Positions 22,125 to 33,999 of a stretch of 64,000 nt of DNA are shown here, one piece after another (the stretch's first letter is position 1; the number at the start of each line of letters is the position of its first letter). The notes beneath the pieces were generated by a model. That model was given only the letters and a program-made list of their open reading frames with translations, searched no databases and was not told where the DNA came from. The translations under genes were made by a program, and so were the position numbers. This DNA is from Centroscyllium fabricii. Lineage: Eukaryota. The stretch spans positions 395,870,001 to 395,934,000 of the forward strand of contig JBNRSN020000003.1 of the NCBI GenBank assembly GCA_051313645.2. The letters are read 5' to 3'.

Positions 22125-22975
22125 AGAATTACATAGAATATGCAGCACAGAAACCGACCGTTCAGCCCAACCTGTCCTTGCCGGCGTTTATACGCCACGC
22201 AAGCCTCCTCCTATCCTTCCTCATCTAACTCATCAGCATAACCCTCTATTCCATTATTTGTTTATCTGGCTTCTCCTTAAATGCATCTATATTATTCACC
22301 TTAACCACTCCCTGTGGTAACGAGTTCCACATTCTCACCACTCTCTGGGTAAAGAAGTTTCTTCTGAATTCCCTATTTGATTTCTTGGTGACTGTCTTAT
22401 AATGCTGGCCTCTAGTTTTGCTCTTCCCACAAGTGGAAACACTCTCTCTTATTTACTCTATCAAAACCTTTCATAATTTTAAAGACCTCTATTAGGTCAC
22501 CCCTCAACTTTCTCTTTTTAAGAGAAAAGCGACCCAGCCTGTTCATCCTTTCCTGATAGATATAACCTCGTGGTTCTGGTATCATCCTTGTAAATCTTTT
22601 TTACACCCTCTTCAGTGCCTCTATACCCTTTTTATAATATGGCGACCAGAACTGCACATCGCAGTCCAAGTGTGGTCGAACCAAGGTTCGATACAAGTTC
22701 AGCATAACTTCCCTACTTTTCAATTCTTTCCCTCTAGAAATAAACACTAGTGCTTGGTTTGCTTTTATTGATCTATGTCGCAAATTTTAGTGATTTGTGA
22801 ATTTGTACTCCCAGATCCGTTTGCTCCTTTACCCCATTTAGATTCTTATTTTCTAAGTAATATGTGACCTCCTTATTTTTCTTACCAAAATGTAATACCT
22901 CACACTTCTCTATGTTGAAATTCATTTGTCAATTATATGCCCATTCTGCATGTTTATTAATGTCTTTTTGTAAGA
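22125..22975 (-). mobile_element. Degraded CR1 3' fragment
   Basis: KSREVMLNLYRTLVRPHLD (22601-22783) and a CR1 tail at 22125-22200. Confidence 0.85.
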
Positions 22976-23278
22976 CTGGCAATGTTACAAGCAACGTGTT
23001 CATATTACAGAGTCCTTTTAAATTTAAAGTGTTATTTGTCATGTGGTGATGGATGTCATGCGATCGGCTTTTGCTGTCACTAATATTGGCTGCCCTTTAT
23101 CCCTCTCCTCCTAAAAGGGAGTCCAGAGAAACTCATTATGAAGGAATCGTCAGGCTCGGTTGAGAAGAACTGGCACTGTCAAAAGTTTTCTGAAATCAAT
23201 GTTTCTTTCTCTGTAATCTGTTGATAAGCAAGCTTATCAACATGTGTCCAGCTGCAGCTTCTAACTGACCGCATTGAG

Positions 23279-24097
23279 GTGTTGGAGCGGCGTTTGGAGA
23301 CATACCTGAAAATTTGCGAACAAGAGGACATTGCAAATAGCACATACAGGGAGTTGGTCACACCGCAGGGAAGTGATACACAGGCAAAATGGAAAAAGGT
23401 GACCAAGAAGCCAAGAAAAAGACAAAGGAAGGTAGTGCAGGGAACACTTGCGGCCATCTCCCTCTCCAACAGATACAGCCTTTTGAGTGCTGTGGGGGGA
23501 GATGACCTATCAGGGGAAGGCAGCAGCAGCCAACTTCCTGACACCTGGAATGGCTCTACTGCACAGTCTGGGGGGAAAAAGAGTGGAAGGGCTATTGTCA
23601 TAGGGGACTCAATGGTACGGGGAGTAGATAGGCATTTCTGTGGCCGTAAGCAAGACTCCAGGATGGTGTGTTGCCTCCCTGGTGCAAGGGTCAAGGATGT
23701 CTCGGAGCTGGTGCAGAACATCCTGGAAGGGGAGGGTGAACAGCCTGTTGTCGTGGTGCACATAGGCACAAACGATATAGGTAAGAAAAAGGATGAGGTC
23801 CTTAAATCAGAATATAGGGAGTTAGGAAATAAATTAAAAAACAGGACATCAAAGATAGTAATCTCAGGATTGCTGCCGGTGCCACGTGCTACTCAGAGTA
23901 AAAATAGAAGGATAATACAGATGAATACGTGGCTGGAGGATTGGTGCAAAGGGGAGGGATTCAAGTTTTTGAAACATTGGAACTCGTTCTGGGGGAGGTG
24001 GGACCTGTACAATCTGGACGGTCTGCACCTAGGCAGGGCTGGAACCAATACCCTAGGGAAAATGTTTGCTAGTGCTGTGGGGGAGAATTCAAACTAA
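23279..24097 (+). CDS. CR1 ORF1, SGNH/GDSL esterase domain
   Basis: VIGDSMVR, CLPGA, VVVHIGTND and DGLHL motifs; LSNRY motif upstream. Confidence 0.9.
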   Translation: MLERRLETYLKICEQEDIANSTYRELVTPQGSDTQAKWKKVTKKPRKRQRKVVQGTLAAISLSNRYSLLSAVGGDDLSGEGSSSQLPDTWNGSTAQSGGKKSGRAIVIGDSMVRGVDRHFCGRKQDSRMVCCLPGARVKDVSELVQNILEGEGEQPVVVVHIGTNDIGKKKDEVLKSEYRELGNKLKNRTSKIVISGLLPVPRATQSKNRRIIQMNTWLEDWCKGEGFKFLKHWNSFWGRWDLYNLDGLHLGRAGTNTLGKMFASAVGENSN

Positions 24098-24207
24098 AAC
24101 GGGAGGGGATTGGGAACAGGGGGATAGGGGAAAGGGGATCATCAATAAAAGTAAAAGGAAAAAAGGAGATAAGTATAAGGCAAAGAACACAGCAGTTAAA
24201 ATCAAAC

Positions 24208-27069
24208 ATGGCCATAGAGATTAGTAATAAATACAGAGTTGAGAGCATTAAAAAGACAAGCCTGAAGGCCTTGTGTCTTAATGCAAGGAGCATTCGGAAG
24301 AAGGTAGATGAATTAGCGGCAGAAATAGAGGTAAATGATTATGATTTGATTGGAATTACAGAAACTTGGCTCCAGGATGGGCATGACTGGGAACTCAACA
24401 TCCAGGGGTACTCAATATTTAGGAAAGATAGACAAAAAAGAAAGGGTGGCGGAGTAGCACTGCTGGTTAAGCAGGAGATCAACACAATTGAAAGAAAGGA
24501 TATTAACTCTGATGATGCGGAGTCTGTATGGATAGAATTGAGAAATAACAAGGGTCAAAAAACATTAGTGGGAGTGGTATACAGACCTCCAAACAGTAAT
24601 ATGGAGGTTGGGAATGGCATTAAAAAGGAAATTAGAGAAGGTTGCAGTACGGGTACAGCAGTGATTATGGGGGATTTTAATTTGCATATCGACTGGGCTA
24701 ACCAAATTAGTACAAATACTGTTGAGGAGGAATTCATAGAATGTCTACGGGATGGTTTTTTGGAACAATATGTCGAGGAACCAACCAGAGACCAGGCCAT
24801 CCTTGACTGGGTATTATGTAATGAGAAAGGAGTAATTACCAATCTTGTGGTAAAGGGGCCCTTGGGTCTGAGTGATCATAACATGATAGAATTCTTCATT
24901 AGGATGGAGAGTGAGGTAGTAGAATCTGAGACTAGGGTCCTGAATCTAAACAAGGGAAACTATGATGGTATGAGGTGCGAACTAGGTAGGATTGATTGGG
25001 GAATGTCACTCAAAGGGTTGCAGGTGGATCGGCAATGGCAAATATTCAAAGGCCACATGGATGAGCTACAGAAGTTGTTCATCCTAGTGTGGCACAAGAA
25101 TAAAACAAAAAGGGTAACGCAACCGTGGCTGACGAAAGATATTAGGGATAGCATAAGATTAAAGGAAAGGGCATATAAACTGGCCAAAAAAAACGGTAAC
25201 CCTGATGATTGGGAACAGTTTAGGATTCAACAAAGGAGGACAAAAGGATTAATTAAGAAAGGGAAAATAGAATATGAAAGTAAGCTTGCAAAGAATATAA
25301 AAACAGACTGTAAGAGCTTTTATAGATATGTAAAGAGGAAAAGATTGGTGAAATCAAGTGTAGGTCCCTTACAGTCAGAAGCAGGAGAAGTGATAATGGG
25401 GAACAAAGAAATGGCTGAACAATTAAATTCATATTTTGGCTCTGTGTTTACAAAGGAGGACACAAGTAACCTCCCAGAGATATTGAGAAAAATAAGGTTT
25501 GATGATGGGGAGGAATTAAAGGATATCCGTATTTGCAGGGAAATGGTTTTAGGGAAATTGAAGGGATTGAAGGCCGATAAATCCCCGGGGCCTGATGGTC
25601 TACATCCTAGGGTACTTAGGGAGGTAACCATGGAAATAGTAGATGCATTGCTGATTATCTTCCAGCAATCGATGGAATCTGGAACTGTACCCATGGATTG
25701 GAGGGTGGCAAATGTTACCCCACTATTCAAGAAGGGTGGTAGGGAGAAAGCAGGAAATTACAGACCAGTAAGCCTGACATTGGTAGTGGGAAAGATGCTG
25801 GAGTCCATAATAAAGGATGAAATCACTGAGCACTTTAAAAGCAGCAGCAGGATTAGACAAAGTCAACATGGATTTACAAAAGGTAAATCATGCTTGACTA
25901 ATCTGCTGGAATTTTTTGAGGATTTAACTGGGAAAATTGATCAGGGAGAACCAGTAGATGTGATATACTTGGACTTTCAGAAGGCATTCGACAAGGTCCC
26001 GCACAAGAGACTAGCATTTAAAGTTAAGGCACATGGGATTGGGGGCAAGGTATTGACTTGGATTGAAAATTGGTTGGCAGACAGAAAGCAGAGAGTGGGA
26101 GTAAATGGGTCTTTTTCTGGGTGGCGGGCAGTGACTAGTGGGGTACCACAGGGCTCAGTCCTGGGACCCCAGCTATTCACAATATACATTAATGATTTAG
26201 AAAAGGGAACTAAATCTAATGTCTCCAAGTTTGCAGATGACACAAAGCTGGGAGGGCGTGTGTGCTGCGAGAAGGATAGCAGGATGCTCCAGGATGATTT
26301 GGACATGTTGGGCGAGTGGGCTGATACATGGCAGATGCAGTATAATGTGGATAAATGCGAGGTTATCCACTTTGGGGGAAAAAATAGAAATGCCGACTAT
26401 TATCGAAATGGCAATAGATTAGGAGAAAGGGAAGTACAACGAGACCTGGGTGTCCTGGTGCACCGGTCACTAAAGGTGAGCTTGCAGGTGCAGCAGGCGG
26501 TTAAGAAGGCAAATGGTATGTTGGCCTTCATAGCGAGAGGTTTTGAGTACAGGAATAGGGAGGTCTTGCTGCAGTTGTACAAGGCTTTGGTGAGACCAAG
26601 CCTTGAGTACTGTGTGCAGTTTTGGTCTCCTTATCTAAGGAAGGACGTTCTTGCCATGGAGGGAGTGCAGAGGAGATTCACCAGGCTGATACCTGGGATG
26701 GCAGGATTGACGTATGGGGAGAGACTGGGTAGACTGGGTTTGTACTCTCTGGAGTTTAGAAGATTGAGAGGGGATCTCATCGAAACGTATAAAATTCTAA
26801 CTGGTCTGGACAGACTTGATGCAGGAAGAATGTTCCCGATGGTAGGAGAGTCCAGAACCAGGGGTCATAGTCTAAGGATAAGGGGTGACTCATTTAGGAC
26901 GGAGATGAGGAGGAATTTCTTCAGCCAGAGGTTGGTGGGGCTGTGGAATTTGCTGCCCCAGAGAGCTGTGGAAGCTACTACTTTGAATAAATTTAAAACA
27001 GAGATAGACAGTTTCCTGGAAGAAAAGGGAATTAAGGGTTATGGTGAGCGGGCAGGCAAGTGGACATGA
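24208..27069 (+). CDS. CR1 ORF2, APE endonuclease + reverse transcriptase, 953 aa, intact
   Basis: LNARS, ITETW, YRPP, MGDFN, SDH (endonuclease); PGPDG, NYRPVSL, GVPQGSVLGP, FADD (RT). Confidence 0.97.
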   Translation: MAIEISNKYRVESIKKTSLKALCLNARSIRKKVDELAAEIEVNDYDLIGITETWLQDGHDWELNIQGYSIFRKDRQKRKGGGVALLVKQEINTIERKDINSDDAESVWIELRNNKGQKTLVGVVYRPPNSNMEVGNGIKKEIREGCSTGTAVIMGDFNLHIDWANQISTNTVEEEFIECLRDGFLEQYVEEPTRDQAILDWVLCNEKGVITNLVVKGPLGLSDHNMIEFFIRMESEVVESETRVLNLNKGNYDGMRCELGRIDWGMSLKGLQVDRQWQIFKGHMDELQKLFILVWHKNKTKRVTQPWLTKDIRDSIRLKERAYKLAKKNGNPDDWEQFRIQQRRTKGLIKKGKIEYESKLAKNIKTDCKSFYRYVKRKRLVKSSVGPLQSEAGEVIMGNKEMAEQLNSYFGSVFTKEDTSNLPEILRKIRFDDGEELKDIRICREMVLGKLKGLKADKSPGPDGLHPRVLREVTMEIVDALLIIFQQSMESGTVPMDWRVANVTPLFKKGGREKAGNYRPVSLTLVVGKMLESIIKDEITEHFKSSSRIRQSQHGFTKGKSCLTNLLEFFEDLTGKIDQGEPVDVIYLDFQKAFDKVPHKRLAFKVKAHGIGGKVLTWIENWLADRKQRVGVNGSFSGWRAVTSGVPQGSVLGPQLFTIYINDLEKGTKSNVSKFADDTKLGGRVCCEKDSRMLQDDLDMLGEWADTWQMQYNVDKCEVIHFGGKNRNADYYRNGNRLGEREVQRDLGVLVHRSLKVSLQVQQAVKKANGMLAFIARGFEYRNREVLLQLYKALVRPSLEYCVQFWSPYLRKDVLAMEGVQRRFTRLIPGMAGLTYGERLGRLGLYSLEFRRLRGDLIETYKILTGLDRLDAGRMFPMVGESRTRGHSLRIRGDSFRTEMRRNFFSQRLVGLWNLLPQRAVEATTLNKFKTEIDSFLEEKGIKGYGERAGKWT

Positions 27070-28149
27070 GGATAATTTCAGATCGGCCATGTGATCTCCT
27101 GGACTAGTTTTCGATCGCTTAGATGGGTCGGAGAGGAATTTCCCAGATTTTTTCTCCCAAATTGGCTACTGGGTTTTTAATCTGGTTTTTCGCCTCTCCC
27201 GGGTGATCACATGTGTTTGGGTGGGATGGAAAGTTAAAATAAAATTGAGGTTGGGATCAGATCAGCCATGATCTTGTTGAATGGCGGAGCAGGCTCGAGG
27301 GGCCGATTGGCCTACTCCTGCTCCTATTTCTTATGTTATGTTCTTATGTTCTTATTTGGACCTTTGTTATTATTTGAGTCATTTTGCTAAGATCACAGAG
27401 GATATGCTCAATATCAAATGCTCAACATCAAGTAGCTACATTGGGACACTCATTCAAGCACTGAATGAGTTAAGGTTACATACTGCATCAATGCGCAGTG
27501 CTCTGCAGATCTAGTCTTTTGTTTCTACCATGTCTAAATTAATCCAAAGTCACCCGAAAGCGAAAGGTGTCAGATGACTGATGTTGACAGAGCTGTCTAT
27601 GGAGCTTGCAGTTGAGAGATACAAGGTCATCTGGAATTGATTGAGGATTTCCAGTGCCTCTTAAAAAAAATATTCCTGAAATGATACAGCAAGGTAGCCA
27701 TCACCTCTTTCGTGCGAGCTGTTGGAAGACTAACTGGGGTATGTGTTTTCCTGTTGCTTTGTAGTCAGACATCAGAGCGTAGGTATGATTTTGGTGTAAT
27801 ATTTTATGAAGAAAGATACTGGGGAGAGGGCCATATGAATAGTTTGGAGATGAATCACAGGTCAAAATGCAGCTGCTTTGAGTTTTTTTCTGGTATCTCA
27901 CGCATGTACACATCAGAGCACATTTTATTCAAATATACTGGATGCACCTTAACGTGTGTATAACTGATGAACATTAGGAATGCATGTGCTATGTGTCAAA
28001 TATGCTTTAACATCAAGGATAATCAAATCAACAAATACTGCATAATAATTGTGTGAGAATAGAGCAGATTTTCTACTTGACAGCGTTCCCTACCTTTTGT
28101 ATTTCTTCAATTGAAAGAACTTTATAATGAAACAGGGTGGGACCAGCTG

Positions 28150-28490
28150 AACCTGGGTTCGAATCCTGCTTGGCCCGGGACCTCTCTGCGTGGAGTTTGC
28201 ATGTTCTCCCTGTGTTCATGTGGGTTTCCTCCGGGTACTCCGGTTTCCTCCCACCACCCAAAGACATGCAGGTTAGGTGGATTGGAGATACTAAAAAAAA
28301 AAAATTGCCCATGAGTATGTGTGTGAGATATAGTTCTTAGAGTTGGGGGTGTCGGGAGATATGGGGAGAGGGTAGGAGGGGGGTGCTGGGTTTGGATGAT
28401 CAGCCATGATCTCATCAAAATGGCGGAGCAGGCTCGAAGGGCCGAATGGCCTACTCCTGCTCCTATCTTCTGTGTTTCTGTGTTTCTATG
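28150..28490 (+). mobile_element. HE1-like V-SINE (head truncated at B box)
   Basis: ggttcgaatcc, V domain and CR1 tail. Confidence 0.85.
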
Positions 28491-28654
28491 AACCAATGGC
28501 ACTAGATTTGAATGCAAAAACTATAAAGCATGTCAGAACCAGCTCAATCACTTTATGGAAAAGAATGGTAGGAAGTGCTCACAAATATGGAGAGTGTCAA
28601 ACTGGTTCCAAACACTAAGCCTACTCAGTTGAAATGAAGTAATTGAAATGAGAA

Positions 28655-29080
28655 ATAACAACAGAAAACGCTGGAGAAACTCGGCAGGCCAGGCAGCATC
28701 GGTGGAGAGAGAAACAAAGTTAACGTTTCAGGTCGATGACCTTTCTTCAGAAGTGGAGAAGCCGGGAGGGGGGATAGATTTTAAAGCTTGTAGGGGCTGG
28801 GGAAAGGGGAGGGGGGGGGGGGGGGCTGAAAGAACAAAGGAAAGATCAGCAACAGGCTAGAAGGCGGGGAAGATAAGAGATATTAGGAGAAATTGAAGGA
28901 ACACAGGATGGCTCTGGATAGGTGTGAACGGCTCTGACAGAGTAAAGAAAAAAAGAAAAAAAAGAGAAAAGCCCAGACAAAAGTGTGGATTGAAAAAAGA
29001 GAGAAAATATATATGTATAAAAAAGTGTGGTAGGGGCCGAGGTTATGAAATGAGAAATTTTTTTGATTGAGCAATGGTTT
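28655..29080 (-). mobile_element. Penelope-like element 3' fragment
   Basis: gctggagaaactcggcaggccaggcagcatc..gttaacgtttcaggtcgatgacc terminus followed by a purine-rich tract. Confidence 0.65.
28718..28754 (-). ncRNA. Minimal hammerhead ribozyme motif
   Basis: Minus strand CTGAAGA-a-aggtc-atc-gacct-GAAA-cg-TT-aact. Confidence 0.65.
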
Positions 29081-29441
29081 TTCTTTGTATTTCCAGCAGG
29101 AGAATCATTGAGCAGGAGCGATGTGCTGATTCAGTCAGAAGTGACATTTAACAGTTGTGAGATGGCAACATAAAATACGCAGTTGTATAAGAGATTGCGG
29201 GCTCAAGACTAGAACGATTCCGTGTACCAGTTCCATCACAGACGCAGCGCAGTAATGGTGGTGGCAATATGTTGAGATAAATATTGAAGTGATCATTTTA
29301 TAGTAAGTCATAGGCCATCTGGGTCACCAACATGGCCTGTGGAATACAAGGTCTTTGGTGAGATATGGTTGGTGGGATGTGTGTTATTCTTAGTGTAAGC
29401 TCTCTCATTTTTGCCAACCACAATAAAATTGCTTGGCCAAT

Positions 29442-29731
29442 TGACGTATCGTCAATATCTCCGATTAAATGAGTCGACGAGTAGTTACCGTAACTAAAGG
29501 CTTTTAATCGCTAAGTTTGGAGCTACCCTCCGGAACGAACTTCTGTACAGGAATGAGGAGCCTCGGTCAGTTTCCACCTATAAAGGGCCTCACCTGGGGG
29601 AGGAGTTAGAGTTGTGGCTGACCTGGCTCCCAACAGTATTACACAGGTTACAGGGCTGTGCCTTACATCTGCACAGCCCATTATTGTTACAATAATACAG
29701 TGGTAATCAATTACATAATACGGTTACCACA
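29442..29731 (-). repeat. 3' LTR of Gypsy element 1
   Basis: Direct repeat of 34000-34289; PPT adjacent. Confidence 0.95.
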
Positions 29732-29792
29732 TTCACCCCTTCTTGAAAATTTTAAGTCCGGGGGGTGGGTGAATGGGCCGAACAATTAACGA

Positions 29793-32670
29793 TCAGTCTG
29801 TCCGGCGGTCGTGTCTGCCTGGAGGACCGCCGGCGTTCCGGTGGTGGTGGTGGTGCCTCCTGGTCTGTACCACTCGCATCTGCCGGTGGTGACCGCTGAT
29901 CAGGTGCCGTGGCTTCAGATGGCGATGGGTCCAGCTGGTCCATGCCGTCCGGGTGGTGGTTTTGTACTGGCCACTGCTGGGGCTCTGGGAAGCTCGGGGG
30001 CCATCGTGTGCCTGGTGGGTTCTCTGGATACAGTGGCTGAGCGGCCTGCTGGCCGACCAGGGGCTCTGCGGTGGTGCTTCCTGCGGGAGCCAGACCCTGA
30101 TGGACACGGTGTCCTCACGCCCGTCCGGGAACTGCACGAATGCATAGTGTGGGTTTGCGTGTAGGAGCTGCACCTTGTCCACCAGGGGGTCTGTCTTGTG
30201 GCTCCGGACATGTCTCCTAAGGAAGACCGGCCCCGGAGTCGTCAGCCATGGAGGAAGAGCTGTCCCCGAAGTCGATTTCCTGGGGAAGGAGAAAATCAGA
30301 TCATGCGGGGTGGCGTTAGTAGCAGTTCATAATAGAGAGCGTATAGAGTGCAGCGCGTCTGGGAGGACTGCCTGCCAATGGGACACTGGAAGGCCTCTGG
30401 ACTTCAGAGCCAGGGTGACCGCCTTCCAAATGATCCCATTCTCCCTTTCTACCTGGCCGTTCCCCCGGGGGTTATAACTGGTCGTTCTGCTCGTGGCAAC
30501 CCCTTTCTGGAGCAGAAACTGGCGCAGTTCATCGCTCATGAACGATGACCCCCGGTCGCTATGGATGTAGCTGGGGAGACCGAAGATGGCGAACAGCGTG
30601 GTGAAGTATTTTATCACCGTTGCGCTCGTCATATCTGCGCAGGGGAAGGCGAAGGGGAAGCGGGAGAACTCATCAACTACCGTGAGGAAGTATGAGTTGC
30701 GGTCGGTGGAAGGGAGGGGGCCTTTGAAGTCCACGCTGAGACGTTCAAAGGGGCGGGTGGCCTTAATGAGGTGCGCCGTGTCTGGCCGGAAAAAGTGGGG
30801 TTTGCACTCGGTGCAGACAGGGCACTCTTGGGTCATAGCCTTGATCTCCGTGATGGAGTAGGGGAGGCTACGAGATTTAATGAAATGGGCGAGTCTGGTG
30901 ACACCCGGGTGGCAAAGGCGGTCGTGGAGGGCCTTCAGCCGGTCTAGCTGGGCACTGGCGCACGTTCCCCTGGACAGTGCGTCCGGGGGTTCATTGAGTT
31001 TGCCTGGTCGGTAAAGAATGTCGTACTCGTAAGTCGAGAGTTTGATCCGCCACCGCAGGATCTTATCATTCTTGATTTTACCCCGTTGTTTATTATTAAA
31101 CATAAACGCTACCGACCGTTGGTCGGTGAGCAGGGTAAAACGCTTACCGGCCAGGTAATGACGCCAGTAGCGCACGGCCTCCACGATGGCCTGGGCCTCC
31201 TTTTCCACTGCTGAGTGGCGAGTTTCGGGTCCCTGTAAGGTGCGGGAGAAAAACGCTACGGGCCTGCCTGCCTGATTCAGGGTGGCAGCAAGGGCAAAGT
31301 CCGAAGCGTCGCTCTCCACCTGGAAAGGGATGGATTCATCAACAGCGAGCATGGTCGCCTTGATGATGTCTTCCTTTATCCGTGCGAATGCCGTTTGGGC
31401 TTCTACAGAAAGGGGGAAGACGGCAGCCTTGAGGAGTGGTCTAGCCTTATCTGCGAACTGTGGGACCCATTGTGCATAATAGGAGAAAAATCCTAGGCAT
31501 CTCCTCAAGGCTTTGGGGTTGTGAGGTAGGGGCAGTTCTTGCAGGGGTCGCATATGCTGTGGGTCGGGGCCGAGGACCCCGTTCTCCACCACGTATCCGA
31601 GGATGGCAAGCCGATCTGTATTAAAGACACATTTGTCTTTGTTATACGTAAGGTCCAGCTTATCCGCCGTGTCGAGGAATTTGGCCAGATTGGCATCATG
31701 GTCCTGCTGGTCGTGGCCGCAGATGGTCACGTTGTCCAGGTAGGGGAAGGTGGCCTGCAACTCATTTTGGTCAACCATGCGGTCCATCTCCCGTTGGAAC
31801 ACTGACACTCCGTTGGTCACGCCAAAGGGGACCCGGAGGAAGTGATAGAGCCGACCGTTCGCCTCGAAGGTGGTGTAGGGGCGGTCGGCTTTCCGGATCG
31901 GGAGCTGATGATACGCTGATTTAAGGTCGATCGTAGAGAACACCTTTTACTGGGCGATCTGATTGACCATATCTGAGATGCGGGGAAGGGGGTAGGCGTC
32001 GAGCCCGGTGTAGCGGTTGATAGTCTGGCTGTAATCGATCACCAGCCGTTGTTTCTCGCCAGACTTCACCACTACAACTTGGGCACGCCAGGGGCTGGTG
32101 CTGGCTTCAATTATCCCCTCCTTCAGCATCCGCCCGACCTCCGACCTGATAAACGTGCGATCCCCCTCACTGTACCGCCGACTCTTAGTGGCAATGGGTT
32201 TGCACTTCGGATCGAGGTTGGCGAACAGCGAGGGGGGGTCGATTTTCAGGGTAGACTGGCCGCAGGCCGGGCTCCGCTTTGGGAAGGGATTGTCCCGTCT
32301 ACTGACGGTGAGGGGGGGGCAAGGTCCCGCCGAACTCCATTGTCACGCTCTTGAGGTGGCACTGGAAATCCAAACCTAGTAAGGCTGGGGCACACAACTG
32401 CTGGAGGGTATAAAATTTAAAATTATGGTACACGCGCCCCTTGACTGTGAGCGTGACGGAGCAGTAGCCGGTGACGTCCGTGGTGTGGGACTGTGAAGCA
32501 AGGGAGACTTGGTAGTTAGTGGGCCGGACCTGCAGTCCGCAGCGCTGCACTGTATCGGGGTGTACGACGCTCTCAGTGCTTCCTGTGTCAAACAGGCAGT
32601 TAACAGTGTAGTCGTTAATCTTAATAGGCATGATAGAGTTAGACAGGGTATGTGGCCTGTCCTGGTTCAC
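29793..32670 (-). pseudogene. pol: Gypsy pol (protease, RT, RNase H, integrase) in several frames
   Basis: LFDTGS protease (32299-32670); SPWRAQVVVV, DLKSAYHQ, YLDN RT; SDASD RNase H; HPG..C..C, VDFKGP, HSDRG, NGQVER integrase. Frame breaks near 32300, 31945 and 30327. Confidence 0.93.
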
Positions 32671-32700
32671 TCTGAGTCTGGCCGCTGCAGCCGTGCGTTT

Positions 32701-33975
32701 TCATGTGTGTGGGGCCCTTGCTGGTCGAGGCTGTACACAAGATGGCGGCGCCCCTGGCTCGCACATGGTGGGGCCCTGGATACAAAATGGCGGCGCCCCT
32801 GGCTTGCACATGGTGGGGCCCTGGATACAAAATGGCGGCGCCCCTGGCTCACACATGGAGGGGCCCTGGATACAAAATGGCGTCGCCGAGGGGTCGCACA
32901 TGGTGGGCCGCTGTGAGCGCGCTGGCGGCGCCCGTGATACACAAGCAGCGGACCGCAGTGACTGGGTTGGCGGTGCCCGTGATTCGCACGCAGCGAGCCG
33001 TGGTGGTCGGTTTGGCGGTGCCCGTGATTCGCACGCAGCCGGCCGCGTTGGGGGGTCGCGCTTGGCCGGCCTTTGCCGCATCGGGGTGGGAGATGGGGGC
33101 GCTTGTTTTCTACCCCCGGACCGTCGCTGGATCGCGCTGCTATTGCAGCTTACCTGGTGTCTGTCGGTGCTCTCACAGGCTGCACTGTTGTACCTTGTGT
33201 TAGGTGCTGCTGGAGCTGATCTGCAGGCTTTAGCATAGTGTCCTTTCTTGGCGCACCTCTCGCAGGTCGCTGTCCTGGCTGGGCATCTCGCTCTTGGGTG
33301 CAATCCCTGGCTGCAGAAGTAACAGCGCTTATCTTTTGTAGCTGTCGCAGCCATCGTGGGGGTCTCAACCCGTTGTGGTGCTGCCCAGGCCAGGGCCCGT
33401 TGTGGCGCGGCCCATATGTCGTAGGCGTGCGGGTTAGTGCCGCCGTATGCCTGTAATTTGTTTCGGGCTCCCTCTACTGAGTTGGATATCGTAATCGCCT
33501 CCTCGAGGGACAGAGTGTCTTTCTCCAGTAGCCGCTGGCGGGCTTCAACACACCTTAGTCCAGTAACGTAAGCGTCCCGAACGAGGAGATTCGCCTCCTC
33601 TTCAGCTGTTCTGGCTTGGCAGCCACAGACCCGTACCAGGGCCTGGAGCGCTTGCTCGAACTGCTCGTTGGTCTCACCCGGTAGCTGAGATCTGGTTGCA
33701 AGCACATGTCTGGCGTATACCGAATGTACCGGGCGCTCGTAGCACTTCCTTAGCTTCTCCACGGCCACTGGGTAGGTTGAGGCGTTTCTGATGACGGAGA
33801 ATACCCTGCTGGAGATTCTCGACCGGAGGACCTGCAATTTGTTCCTGTCCGTTGTAGCCTTGGCGGCGTCCATGTAGGCCTCCAGGAGGCCGAACCAGTG
33901 TTCGAACGTGGTAGCAGCGGCCAGGTCCTGGGGACTGATGTCCAGCTTCTCTGGTTTAACTGCGCTGCTCTCCAT
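32701..33975 (-). CDS. gag: Gypsy gag (424 aa) with two zinc knuckles and C-terminal 15-aa repeats
   Basis: KPEKLDI..FEHW N-terminus; CYFC..H.R..CPA and CERCAKKGHYAKAC. Confidence 0.9.
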   Translation of the reverse strand: MESSAVKPEKLDISPQDLAAATTFEHWFGLLEAYMDAAKATTDRNKLQVLRSRISSRVFSVIRNASTYPVAVEKLRKCYERPVHSVYARHVLATRSQLPGETNEQFEQALQALVRVCGCQARTAEEEANLLVRDAYVTGLRCVEARQRLLEKDTLSLEEAITISNSVEGARNKLQAYGGTNPHAYDIWAAPQRALAWAAPQRVETPTMAATATKDKRCYFCSQGLHPRARCPARTATCERCAKKGHYAKACRSAPAAPNTRYNSAACESTDRHQVSCNSSAIQRRSGGRKQAPPSPTPMRQRPAKRDPPTRPAACESRAPPNRPPRLAACESRAPPTQSLRSAACVSRAPPARSQRPTMCDPSATPFCIQGPSMCEPGAPPFCIQGPTMCKPGAPPFCIQGPTMCEPGAPPSCVQPRPARAPHT

Positions 33976-33999
33976 TTTAAAATATTTAGCGATTAAAAT

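Larger units (their letters stand above)
23241..27355 (+). mobile_element. Near full-length CR1 LINE (5' end of ORF1 missing)
   Basis: ORF1 + ORF2 + 3'UTR + (ttcttatg)n tail. Confidence 0.97.
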
